From a bacterium (GTDB lineage: Bacteria > JADJOY01), in the NCBI GenBank assembly GCA_046331705.1, contig JAXLQJ010000017.1:1-64000 (forward strand): 64,000 bases of DNA, in the 5' to 3' direction. Numbering within the stretch: the stretch's first letter is position 1; each line of letters begins with the position of its first letter. The position numbers and the translations under genes are program-made. The notes beneath the pieces were generated by a model. That model ran no database searches. It worked only from the letters and a program-made list of their open reading frames with translations, and was not told the DNA's origin. This document shows positions 29,290 through 38,023 of this stretch, piece by piece.

Positions 29290-31128
29290 TCATTCGACGC
29301 GCACGTTGTAGTGGAGCTTCCAGCGTCGCTGGGTGGCTTCCTCGACGGCGGAAAGCTCGAGGGTCCCCACCTCGGTGACGCGCGCGTGGAGCTTGACCGG
29401 CACCACGCGACCGCTCTCGCCCTCGAGCTCGGTCTCGATCGCCGGCAGCTCCTCGAGCTCGGCGGCATTCGGCACCACCGCGGCGACCGTATCGTCGCGT
29501 CGCGTGGACGAACCGAAGAAGCGGAACGCCGCGGGCTCGCCCACCACCAACCCCAGCGCCTGGGGCAGCTCGACCTCCGAGCCCTCTTCCATCCCGAAGG
29601 GCGCCACGCACACGGCGTCGATCCGCGGCGGCACCCCCGGCACCGCCAGCTCGGCGCGCTCGATGCCGACGTAATACGCGCGCGCCGTGCCGCCGCGAAT
29701 GCGGATGCCCTTCCCGCGCCGCACCCAGCCGTAGTACGCGGCGCCGCGCGCCACCGCGAGATCGGGATCGTCGCCCATCAGCACCTTCACGGGCTTGCCG
29801 CCGTCGGCGGCGAGCCAGCCGTCGAGGATCGCGGTGATCCGCTCGCGCAACGACGTCGAGCGCATGACGCCGCCGTTGAAGAGCAGCGCGGTCGGATGAA
29901 GGAAGCGCTTGCCGTCGAGATTCACCTTGCCCGCGAGCGACTCGCGCGAGCGGTTCTCGAGCCCGAGAAACGCGGCCAGGTGCCGACTGATGCCGGGATC
30001 GGCGGCGTACGGCAAGCCGAGCGTCGTGAGCCCGGTGCGGCGCGGCTTGGTCGGGCGCTCGCCCGATTCCACCCGCGGGAAGAAGCCGTCGAGAAGCGTG
30101 GCGTCGAGCTCCTCGCGGGTGAGCTCGGTGCGGATCGTGCCACCCACCAGCTTGCTGCCGCGGCCCGGCACCACCAGCGGATGCGATGCGTTCTTGGGGT
30201 GCTCGAGGAGCGCTTCCTTGGCGACCCGGCAGCCATATGCGAGCGAGCGGAACTGCCAGTCGTCGAGGTTCTTCCCCTGGCCCTCGAGCTTGGTGCGCAC
30301 CGCGTACGCGAGCGCCATGTCCATGTTGTCGCCGCCGAGCAGGATGTGATCGCCCACGGCCACTCGGTCGAGCACCAGCGTGCCGCCCTCTTCACCCACG
30401 GCGATGAGCGAGAAGTCGGTGGTGCCACCGCCCACGTCGCACACCAGGATCAGGTCGCCGGGCTCGACTTGCTTGCGCCACGAGGCGCCGTGCCCGGCGA
30501 GCCACGAGTAGAGCGCGGCTTGCGGCTCCTCGAGGAGCGTGAGCCGCGCGCCCAGGCCCGCTTCCTCGGCGGCCTCGACCGTGAGATCGCGCGCCACGGC
30601 GTCGAACGACGCCGGCACCGTGATGGCCAGCTCTTGCGCTTCGAGCGGTGCCTCGGGATGCGCCTGGTTCCACGCTTCCCGCAGATGACTCAGGTAGCGC
30701 GCGGAGGCGGCCACCGGCGAGAGCCTCGACACCTCCTCCGGCGAGCCCCAGGGCAGGATGGCCGCGCGACGATCGACGCCGCCGAACGAGAGCCAGCTCT
30801 TCGCCGACGAGACCAAGCGCGCCGGCACCGAGGCGCCGCGGTCGCGCGCCAGCGTGCCGACGGCGAACTCGCGGGCGCCGTCCCACGGCAGGCTCAGCGA
30901 GCCCGCCGGCAGGTCGGTCTCCGCGGGCAGATAGAGGAACGACGGCAAGAGCGGGCGCTCGCCGACCTCACCCGCGTTCACGAGCTGAGTCACGGCGAAA
31001 GCCTGTGGAGCGCCGGGATGCTCGTCGCCGAGCGGCAACGACGCCAGGCCGCAGTTGGTGGTGCCGAGGTCGATACCAACCGCGTAAGTCGCCGCTACAT
31101 CGGCGGGGGACGTCTTCTTGGCAGCCAC
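29290..31128 (-). CDS. Atypical Hsp70 family protein (ATPase domain plus short beta domain, no DnaK-type lid)
   Basis: GIDLGTTN, ITVPASFD, EEPQAA, DVGGGTTDFS, LGGDNMD, PDLAVARGAA. Confidence 0.92.
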   Translation of the reverse strand: MAAKKTSPADVAATYAVGIDLGTTNCGLASLPLGDEHPGAPQAFAVTQLVNAGEVGERPLLPSFLYLPAETDLPAGSLSLPWDGAREFAVGTLARDRGASVPARLVSSAKSWLSFGGVDRRAAILPWGSPEEVSRLSPVAASARYLSHLREAWNQAHPEAPLEAQELAITVPASFDAVARDLTVEAAEEAGLGARLTLLEEPQAALYSWLAGHGASWRKQVEPGDLILVCDVGGGTTDFSLIAVGEEGGTLVLDRVAVGDHILLGGDNMDMALAYAVRTKLEGQGKNLDDWQFRSLAYGCRVAKEALLEHPKNASHPLVVPGRGSKLVGGTIRTELTREELDATLLDGFFPRVESGERPTKPRRTGLTTLGLPYAADPGISRHLAAFLGLENRSRESLAGKVNLDGKRFLHPTALLFNGGVMRSTSLRERITAILDGWLAADGGKPVKVLMGDDPDLAVARGAAYYGWVRRGKGIRIRGGTARAYYVGIERAELAVPGVPPRIDAVCVAPFGMEEGSEVELPQALGLVVGEPAAFRFFGSSTRRDDTVAAVVPNAAELEELPAIETELEGESGRVVPVKLHARVTEVGTLELSAVEEATQRRWKLHYNVRVE

Positions 31129-31131
31129 GGA

Positions 31132-31743
31132 TCAGACCTCGATTTCGGCGGGCGCGATCACGGCGAGGTCTTGTCCCTCGGGCGGCGTCGGCAGCTTCAC
31201 CTCGGCGACACGCCAGCCGTGATGGGCGAGCTGGCCCCGCACCGGCAGCTTGCCGGTGACGTTGCCCGTGAGACGAATCTGGACGGGGTCGTAGTCCTCG
31301 CCGACCTGGATCGCGGCGCCCTCGCTCTCGGTTCGCACCGGCTCGAGCTTGAAGTACTGGCGCATCGATTTGCGGACACCGTCGTGAACCACGCGCGCCG
31401 CGGCACCCACGTCCGAATCGGAGAACGAGGCCACGTCCTCCTCGATGAAGTCCACGAAGCGGCCATCGCGCTGGAGAATCGAGAGCAGGTGCAGGGCGGA
31501 CGCGTAGTCGGGGCGCCTGGGCGGCTCCGGAGCCTTCGCCTTGGCGGGTGCGGGCTCGACCTTGGGCTTCTTCTCGGCGGCCTTCGCCGGTGCCGGCGCG
31601 GCCTCGGGAAGTGGCGCAGGCTCGCCCTTGAGAAGCCGATCCACCTCCCAGGCCAGCGAACCGTCGTCGAAGAGCAGGTACCACTCGAGACCCATCACCA
31701 GCCACAGCCGCTTCAGGAACCCGAGCTTGGGCGTGTCCGTCAT
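31132..31743 (-). CDS. DUF2760 family protein
   Basis: GGAGGT RBS; ALHLLSILQRDGRFVDFIEED...DVGAAARVVHDG...RLTGNV...HHGW...APAEIEV. Confidence 0.85.
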   Translation of the reverse strand: MTDTPKLGFLKRLWLVMGLEWYLLFDDGSLAWEVDRLLKGEPAPLPEAAPAPAKAAEKKPKVEPAPAKAKAPEPPRRPDYASALHLLSILQRDGRFVDFIEEDVASFSDSDVGAAARVVHDGVRKSMRQYFKLEPVRTESEGAAIQVGEDYDPVQIRLTGNVTGKLPVRGQLAHHGWRVAEVKLPTPPEGQDLAVIAPAEIEV

Positions 31744-31906
31744 GCCACCTCCCGGCGAAAACGCGCGATGCGCGCGCTTCGCGCGGGAATCCATACCCTC
31801 CGAAGCGACCGCGCTCCAAGCGCGGGCGCGGGGCGGCGAGCCGCGCGCCGCCGGGAGCTCGCGCGCGCTCCGGCGTGGTGGCGCGCGCCGCCCGGGCTCC
31901 GCGCGA

Positions 31907-33445
31907 TCAGGCGGGGACGAGCGCGGGCGTGCGGAGCTCGAGCTCGGCGGCGAGCCGGCGCAGCTCGCGTCGGACCGCCGCGCCGTACTCGTGGAAATGC
32001 TTGTGCATCAGCGCGAAGCTCACCGCGCGCCGGAACGCCGACGGTCGCTTGAGCAGCGTCTCGGCGAACATCCTGAGCGTCATCCACGCGCGCCGCGGTG
32101 ACGCGCGCAACACGCACGTCCACAGCGTCCGCAGGAAGACCTTGACCTCGTCGGGGCCGGACGCGACGCGCGAGCGGATGCCTTCGCCGTGCCCGAGGAT
32201 GAACGCCATCGCTCGGGAACGGTAGTTCTGGTAGTCGTAGAGGCGCGTGAGCAGGCGCTCGTAGCCGCGATAGAGCTCGAGCCGCGTCATCCCCGCCGGC
32301 AGCACGTTCGAGAACGCGAACTGGTCACCGGTGTAGTCGGCATCGAGACGCCCGGCGGCGAGCAGCCGCTCGTGGAGCGCGGTCTGCGGCAGCGCGTTCA
32401 GGAGCCCGGTCATGGACACGGGGATGCGCGCGTCCTGGATGAAGTCGAACTGCTCGTCGAAGATCGACACGTCGTCGTTGTCGAATCCCACGATCATGCC
32501 GGCCATGACCTCGATGCCGGCGGCTTGGATGCGGTGCACCGACGCCACGATGTCCTCGCGCAGGTTCTGGTGCTTGCTGGTCTCCGCCAGGCTCGCGGCC
32601 CGCGGCGACTCGATGCCCACGAAGATCGTCGTGAAGTTGGCGGCGCGCATGAGCGACAGAAGCTCGGCGTCCTGCGCGAGATTGATCGAGCTCTCGGTCA
32701 TGAGCTCGATCGGATGGCCGCGTTCCTGCTGCCACGCGCCGATCGCCCGCAGCAGCGCCTTCGCCTTCTTCTTGTCGCCGATGAAGTTGTCGTCGACCAC
32801 GAACACGTTGGGGACGCCGAGACGCGCGAGCTCCGCGAGCTCGGCCATCACCTGCTCGACTCGTTTGGCGCGCGGACGACGGCCGTACATGACGATGATG
32901 TCGCAGAACTCGCAGGTGTACGGGCAACCGCGGGCGAACTGGATCGGCATGCTGCGGTAGCGATCGAGCTTCAAGAGATCGAAGCGCGGCACCGGCGTCT
33001 GCTCGAGCGAGGGGAGGTCCACCGTCTTGTACTCGGGTTGCACGGCGCCCTCCGCGACGTCGCGCAGGAACCGAGGCCACGTCTCCTCGGCTTCGCCCAC
33101 GAACACCACGTCGGCGCGTTCCCGAAGCAGCTCGGGGCAAAGGGTCGCGAACGGGCCGCCAACCACCAGCTTCTTGCCCCGGGCGCGGAACGTGTCGAGG
33201 ATCTCGAACATCCGCTCGCGATGGACGATGTAGCCCGTGAGCCCCACCCAGTCGGCGTCGGTGTCGAAATCGATCGGCTCGACGGCCTCGTCGCACAGGA
33301 CCACTTCGTGCTCGGCGGGCGTGAGCGCCGCGAGCGTCGGCAACGCCAGGTTCGGGAACGTGGCTCGCTTCCCGAGCTCGGGCAGGATGCGATCGAAGGT
33401 CCAGAACGATTCGGGATTTCTCGGCGCGACCAGGTAGAGCTTCAT
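31907..33445 (-). CDS. B12-binding radical SAM protein (DUF4070-type)
   Basis: PESFWTF, QFARGCPYTCEFCDI, VVDDNFIG, FVGIESP, GMIVGFDND. Confidence 0.92.
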   Translation of the reverse strand: MKLYLVAPRNPESFWTFDRILPELGKRATFPNLALPTLAALTPAEHEVVLCDEAVEPIDFDTDADWVGLTGYIVHRERMFEILDTFRARGKKLVVGGPFATLCPELLRERADVVFVGEAEETWPRFLRDVAEGAVQPEYKTVDLPSLEQTPVPRFDLLKLDRYRSMPIQFARGCPYTCEFCDIIVMYGRRPRAKRVEQVMAELAELARLGVPNVFVVDDNFIGDKKKAKALLRAIGAWQQERGHPIELMTESSINLAQDAELLSLMRAANFTTIFVGIESPRAASLAETSKHQNLREDIVASVHRIQAAGIEVMAGMIVGFDNDDVSIFDEQFDFIQDARIPVSMTGLLNALPQTALHERLLAAGRLDADYTGDQFAFSNVLPAGMTRLELYRGYERLLTRLYDYQNYRSRAMAFILGHGEGIRSRVASGPDEVKVFLRTLWTCVLRASPRRAWMTLRMFAETLLKRPSAFRRAVSFALMHKHFHEYGAAVRRELRRLAAELELRTPALVPA

Positions 33446-33685
33446 GAATCCCTCGGCGAGGTCGACCTCCGCACCCAGGCGGCGGTGCGGCCCCGGTGGC
33501 GAACGTATTGCCGCTCGGCCCAGCCACAAGGCGCCTGGCTCGAATATGTCGGCGCGCTCGCGGAATCCTGACGATCGCGCCCGATTGAGTCAGGCGCACG
33601 TCACAGCCAAGATCCGCGGCCGCGCGCCAGACCACGCCGCGCCGCGCCGCACCGGCGTGCGGCCACATCCGCTGGCACCTGCGAC

Positions 33686-34120
33686 ATGAACGAGCCCAAG
33701 CCGAGCCAACGGGGCCGCGACGCACGGCTGGTGGAGTACGCGCTCCCCGGAGGTTGGACGGTGCTCGCTGGCCGCAGCGACCGCGACAACGACTACCTGA
33801 GCTTCCGCGTGGCCAAGCCCAACGATTGGTGGTTCCACGTCCGCGGCATGCCCGGCAGCCACGTGATCCTGCAGGTGCCGAGCGGCGAGGACCCCGACCG
33901 CGCCACCCTCGAGCGCGCCGCCGCGATCGCCGCCTACCACAGCAAGGCGCGCAGCGGCGGAGTCGTGCCGGTCACCGGCACGCGCGCTCGTCACGTGACC
34001 AAACCTTCCGGCGTGAAGACCGGCACGGTCCACGTCCGCAAGGAGACCGTGTTCAAGGTCCGGCCGGCACCGGGTGAGCCCGTCGGGCGACCCGCGAGCG
34101 ACCCGATCCCGGGCAGTTGA
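33686..34120 (+). CDS. Stand-alone NFACT RNA-binding (DUF814) domain protein
   Basis: LAGRSDRDNDYLS...DWWFHVRGMPGSHVIL...AAAIAAYHSKA...VTKP.G.K.G.V. Confidence 0.9.
   Translation: MNEPKPSQRGRDARLVEYALPGGWTVLAGRSDRDNDYLSFRVAKPNDWWFHVRGMPGSHVILQVPSGEDPDRATLERAAAIAAYHSKARSGGVVPVTGTRARHVTKPSGVKTGTVHVRKETVFKVRPAPGEPVGRPASDPIPGS
33947..33990 (+). repeat. 44-bp perfect direct repeat, copy 1 (copy 2 at 36733-36776)
   Basis: GCGCGCAGCGGCGGAGTCGTGCCGGTCACCGGCACGCGCGCTCG is identical at both positions. Confidence 0.95.
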
Positions 34121-34183
34121 CCGCGAGCACGCGAGTGCGGATCATCGATGAATGGGGGGATTCACCGGAGACCGACCATCGAA

Positions 34184-34828
34184 ATGACCGCTTCCCATCG
34201 GAACCGCCCTCGACCTCGCCTACCTCGCGCTCTCCAGTCGCTGCTGCTCCTCGGTGCCTTCGGCTGCGCGCCCGTGGCCGGCAGCGTGCGTCCCACGCCC
34301 GGTGCGCTGAACCAGGCAGACACCACGCTCACCGTGTTGCTCGAGAGCGACACCGAGACCACCTACCTGCGACCGGAAAGCCGAATCGACTTCCGCTACA
34401 CCCCGACGGTGAACCTGCTGGAAGTCACGAGCTTCCAGCTCGACGCCACCGACGTTTCGTTCGCGCTGGGCAGCGTGCTTCGCCTGGACGCGTTCGACAT
34501 CCACATCGCGCACCTGAGCAGCGAGCCGAGCTCGGCGGGATTCGTGGACCCGGGAACCGGCGAGGTCCGGGTCGATGCGTCGGTGTCGCTCGCCGCGAAC
34601 GTCCTCACCAACCTGGCGCCCGGCCAGGTCGTGCCCGCGGCTGGCGCTGGATCGATCACGCTCACCGGCGCGTTCGGTTACGACGCCGCGGACGGTAGCG
34701 TGACGCTGCGCGACTTCCAGGGTCATTTCGGGCCCGTCGCCATGCGCTACGGCAATACGGTGATCGCGTCGATCGCGAGCAACGTGACGCTCGACTTCGA
34801 GGGCACGGCGCTGCCCGCCGCGAACTGA
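34184..34828 (+). CDS. Hypothetical beta-rich lipoprotein
   Basis: Lipobox LLLLGAFGC, normal codon bias, partial paralog at 36475-36690; alternative start 34148. Confidence 0.75.
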   Translation: MTASHRNRPRPRLPRALQSLLLLGAFGCAPVAGSVRPTPGALNQADTTLTVLLESDTETTYLRPESRIDFRYTPTVNLLEVTSFQLDATDVSFALGSVLRLDAFDIHIAHLSSEPSSAGFVDPGTGEVRVDASVSLAANVLTNLAPGQVVPAAGAGSITLTGAFGYDAADGSVTLRDFQGHFGPVAMRYGNTVIASIASNVTLDFEGTALPAAN

Positions 34829-35084
34829 GCGCGCGCCGCGCACCTCCGAGCGCAGCCTACGAGCGGTCGACCACGGCGAGCGAGGCCGGCGTTCCCGACG
34901 ACGGCGCCCCATCGAGCCTGGAACCACGGATGAACCCGGCGCCGACACCGGCGGCTCAGCGGTACGTCCGCGGTGACGCCCCCGAGGCGAAGAAGGCTCG
35001 ATCAAGGCGTTCGACGTTTCGCGGCGGGTGCTGGCTCGCACGGCGATCGCCCTCATCCTCGGCCTTGGCGCAGCCCACGCGCCC
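34828..35084 (+). repeat. ~255-bp imperfect direct repeat, copy 1
   Basis: Aligns by eye with 36280-36531 (shared blocks CCGACGACGGCGCCCCATCGAGCCTGGAACCACGGATGAAC and AAGGCGTTCGACGTTTCGCGGCGGGTGCTGGCTCGCACGGCGATCGCCCTCATCCTCGGCCTTGGCGCAGCCCACGCGCCC). Confidence 0.92.
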
Positions 35085-36177
35085 AGAACGGCGGTCGTGA
35101 AGCGACCTCTCTGAACGCCGCCACCAGAGAACAGCACGCAGATCGCCGAAGTGCCCGGTGCCATCGACGACGCACGCAGAAGCCGTTCGCCCGAAGTCGT
35201 CGAGCCCTTGATCCGGTTCTCGCTGTCGGCACGGCCGTTGTAGAACGCCACACCACCTCGGGGTGCTCGAGCGTCGTCACCACCGTGTGGAACGTAGCCC
35301 GGCACGTCGATCAGCCGTCGTCCGCGCGTCGGGGCGCTCGCGAATCTCCTCGCGCACCACCAGCGCGCGGCGCTCGCCACTCGGTGCGGTGTAGGCCATC
35401 TCGCCGACCTCGAGGCCGTGCCAAACGATCGCCAGGGCGAATCGCCGCCGCCTGGCGTTGGATGGGCTTCGTCATGCGCACGGCGATGGCGAGGCAACGC
35501 GCGGCTTTCGTCTTCGAGAAACTCGCGTTCGAAGAAGCCGGAATCGCGCGCACCGCATAGAGCCGCACACGCTCGGCAAGCGCGCGAGCGTCTCGGTGAA
35601 AACGCGCGGACGCCGCGCGCGGTGCCGGTTTCCGCTGCGCAGCCACGCATGCACGATCCAGCGCACGTCGGCGAGCATGGCCAGGATCGGGTGGTGCGAG
35701 GGTCGGCGTGCTTGGGGGGTTGTGGCTTGAGGCTGCCCTCTTGGTGGTAGCGCTGAGGCGGTGGAGTCGAGATCCAAGACCATGCCGAGGGTGTGGCCGT
35801 GGGTCGAGGCGAGGAGCAATCCCACAACCCACTGGAGAGCGCTTCGACCTGACTTTGGCGAAACCCACCGAAGTAGCGGGTGATCGTCATGGGGGCGGGC
35901 CGGTGGCATCCGAGGGCGGCGCGAATCACCTCGTCGCTGGTGAGCCGTGCGGCGTGGGCGAAGCGCCGGCCCCCGGTGAGCACGGTGGTCAGAGGGTGAG
36001 ACGATCGCAACGACATCGATGCGATTGGGCGAGGTCGTCCGTCGGGAGACGTCCGGCCGCGGCGAATGCCGAGTCGATCGAGGTAGCGCACGAAGGCGAC
36101 GAATGCCCAACACTGACGGGCTTGTCGGTGTAGGCGATCGCCAGTCGCTGACGGCTCGAAATCCGTATGTGGTGCAT
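35085..36177 (-). pseudogene. IS1380-family (DDE_Tnp_1_4-like) transposase, multiply frameshifted and 3'-truncated
   Basis: Fragments MHHIRISS..YTDKPVS, VLDLDST, RPSHHPILAMLAD.RWIVHAWLRSGN, DSGFF, FYNGRADSENRIK in different frames. Confidence 0.85.
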
Positions 36178-36278
36178 CGTCCTGTCCCTCCGTTTCGTGG
36201 TCGTCAGGTCCGCTCCCAACGTCGAAACGTCGGTTCAGGACGATGCCTTGATTCGCTCCGTCAACTGCGCGATTCAGG
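35085..36278 (-). mobile_element. IS1380-family insertion sequence remnant
   Basis: DDE transposase motifs spread over several frames; putative left end CCTGAATCGCGCAGTTGA reading down from 36278; no convincing right end. Confidence 0.8.
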
Positions 36279-36279
36279 C

Positions 36280-36531
36280 GAGCGCGCGCCGCGGATCGAG
36301 CGCAGCCGACGAACGGTCGACCGCGGCGAGCGAGGCCAGCGTTTCCGACGACGGCGCCCCATCGAGCCTGGAACCACGGATGAACTGGGCGCCGACACCG
36401 GCGGCTCAGCGGTACGTCCGCGGTGACCCCCCGAGCGAAAGAGGCTGACAAAGGCGTTCGACGTTTCGCGGCGGGTGCTGGCTCGCACGGCGATCGCCCT
36501 CATCCTCGGCCTTGGCGCAGCCCACGCGCCC
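36280..36531 (+). repeat. ~255-bp imperfect direct repeat, copy 2
   Basis: See copy 1 at 34828-35084. Confidence 0.92.
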
Positions 36532-36903
36532 GTCGCCGGCACGGTGAACCCGACCGAGGGAGCGACCAACGAGGCCCACGCCGTGCTATCCGTGATCGGC
36601 GTCCGTGACACCGACACGCCCGGTCTGCGACCGGCGAGCGACATCGATTTCCGCTACACACCGGTGATCGAGTTGCTCGCGCTCACGCGCTTCGCGCCGA
36701 GCGGAAGCAGCGTTCGCGATCGCGCTGGCAACGCGCGCAGCGGCGGAGTCGTGCCGGTCACCGGCACGCGCGCTCGGTACGTCACCAAGCGCCCCGGAGT
36801 GAAGACCGGCACCGTTCGGGCCCGGAAGCAGACGGAGTTCAACGTGCGACCGGCGCCGGGCTGCGCTGGAGACCGTCCGGCGACCGCAGAATCGAAGACC
36901 TGA
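36475..36903 (+). pseudogene. Chimeric ORF: N-terminus paralogous to the 34184 lipoprotein fused in frame to a duplicated NFACT-R C-terminus
   Basis: APVAGTVNPTEGA...LRPASDIDFRYTP vs APVAGSVRPTPGA...LRPESRIDFRYTP; ARSGGVVPVTGTRARYVTKRPGVKTGTV vs ARSGGVVPVTGTRARHVTKPSGVKTGTV. Confidence 0.7.
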
Positions 36904-37852
36904 GGCGCCTCGCCGAGCTCGCGCGCGGCGACGCCCTCAACCACTTCGCGATCACGCTCGCGACAACCTCGGACCCGCTCGAGGACAAATGAATGTGATC
37001 GCCAGGAAGGAAAACGAGCTCGACGGGAAGGCGACGGAGCGCAGCGAGCGGGTCGACGACGTCCGCACCCGCTGCCGCGGCGAGCTCCGACACCTCGCCA
37101 TCGGTTTCGCGTACAGACGACATCACGATGTCGCGCGATGGCACGATCACGGCCAAGGCTTCGCGCCCACGGGACGCACGCTGCAAGAGCTCGGACCACG
37201 CCTCCGCCCACGTTCCGCGCCAGCTCACCGACACGGGCGTAGTGGCTTCGACCTCCGCACGTATTCGTGCCGCTTCGTTCAACGTGCGCATCATGCGAAA
37301 GGCCCCGACGAGCCCCACCGGACTCGGCTGAACTCGCTCGAAGAGCTGCGTCTGGCGGAGCAGCACCGCCGAGTTGAGCACCATCGGTGACACCTTTCGT
37401 TGGTCGTTCACGCAATACACGACGACGACGACGTCCGGTCGCAAGATCGGATCGAGCCGCTCCAGATAGCGCCGCTCTTGCCATGTTTGGTACCCGAGAA
37501 CACCAGCGTTGAGCACCTCCCAGCTCGGCCCCAGCTCAGCCGCAAGGTGTCCGGGAATCGAGGCCCGAGCGCTGAGGTCGTGCCCGAAGGTCACGGAATC
37601 ACCGAGCACGAGGACGCGTCGCAGAGCGTTCTCCCGCGGCTCGGGGCCGCGCAGCCCCAGCGAGTTGACCTCCGCCTCGGCGGAAGGCCGCGGTCGCAGC
37701 AGGATCTCGGGATCCGGATCCGCGATCATGCCATCGTGGAAGTTGCTCGTCGGATCGAACGCTAGCCACAGGCGCGCGAGCACTTCGAGCACGCCCAGCA
37801 CGGTGACGAGCGTGAACCCCACCCTCTTGGCGGCTCTTCCCCGCCGCTCCAT
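36839..37852 (-). CDS. Membrane-anchored SGNH/GDSL hydrolase
   Basis: TM helix then NSLGLRGPE, VLGDSVTFG, LNAGVLGY, YCVND, DHIHLS. Confidence 0.85.
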   Translation of the reverse strand: MERRGRAAKRVGFTLVTVLGVLEVLARLWLAFDPTSNFHDGMIADPDPEILLRPRPSAEAEVNSLGLRGPEPRENALRRVLVLGDSVTFGHDLSARASIPGHLAAELGPSWEVLNAGVLGYQTWQERRYLERLDPILRPDVVVVVYCVNDQRKVSPMVLNSAVLLRQTQLFERVQPSPVGLVGAFRMMRTLNEAARIRAEVEATTPVSVSWRGTWAEAWSELLQRASRGREALAVIVPSRDIVMSSVRETDGEVSELAAAAGADVVDPLAALRRLPVELVFLPGDHIHLSSSGSEVVASVIAKWLRASPRASSARRLRSSILRSPDGLQRSPAPVAR

Positions 37853-38023
37853 CACCGGCCCTGCTCCGCCTTTGCGACCACCTGGACTTCCCCGTCGCCG
37901 TCGACGTCCAGCGTCACGAGACGACGAGCGTGAGCACTTGGCCCACCAACCCATCGCAGCGACTTCAGCACCAACCCGCCGCGCATCGGTGCATCTATAC
38001 ACGCAATTCGCTTCCGTGAGATC

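Noticed and set aside
25841-32052. 1006-aa and 935-aa plus-strand ORFs opposite the Hsp70 genes
   Set aside because: Antisense shadows; long open frames opposite Hsp70 genes are a known codon-bias effect
34220-36451. 743-aa minus-strand ORF as an intact transposase
   Set aside because: Carries only some motifs; others (LDLDST, HHPILA) lie in other frames and the tail is antisense to the lipoprotein gene
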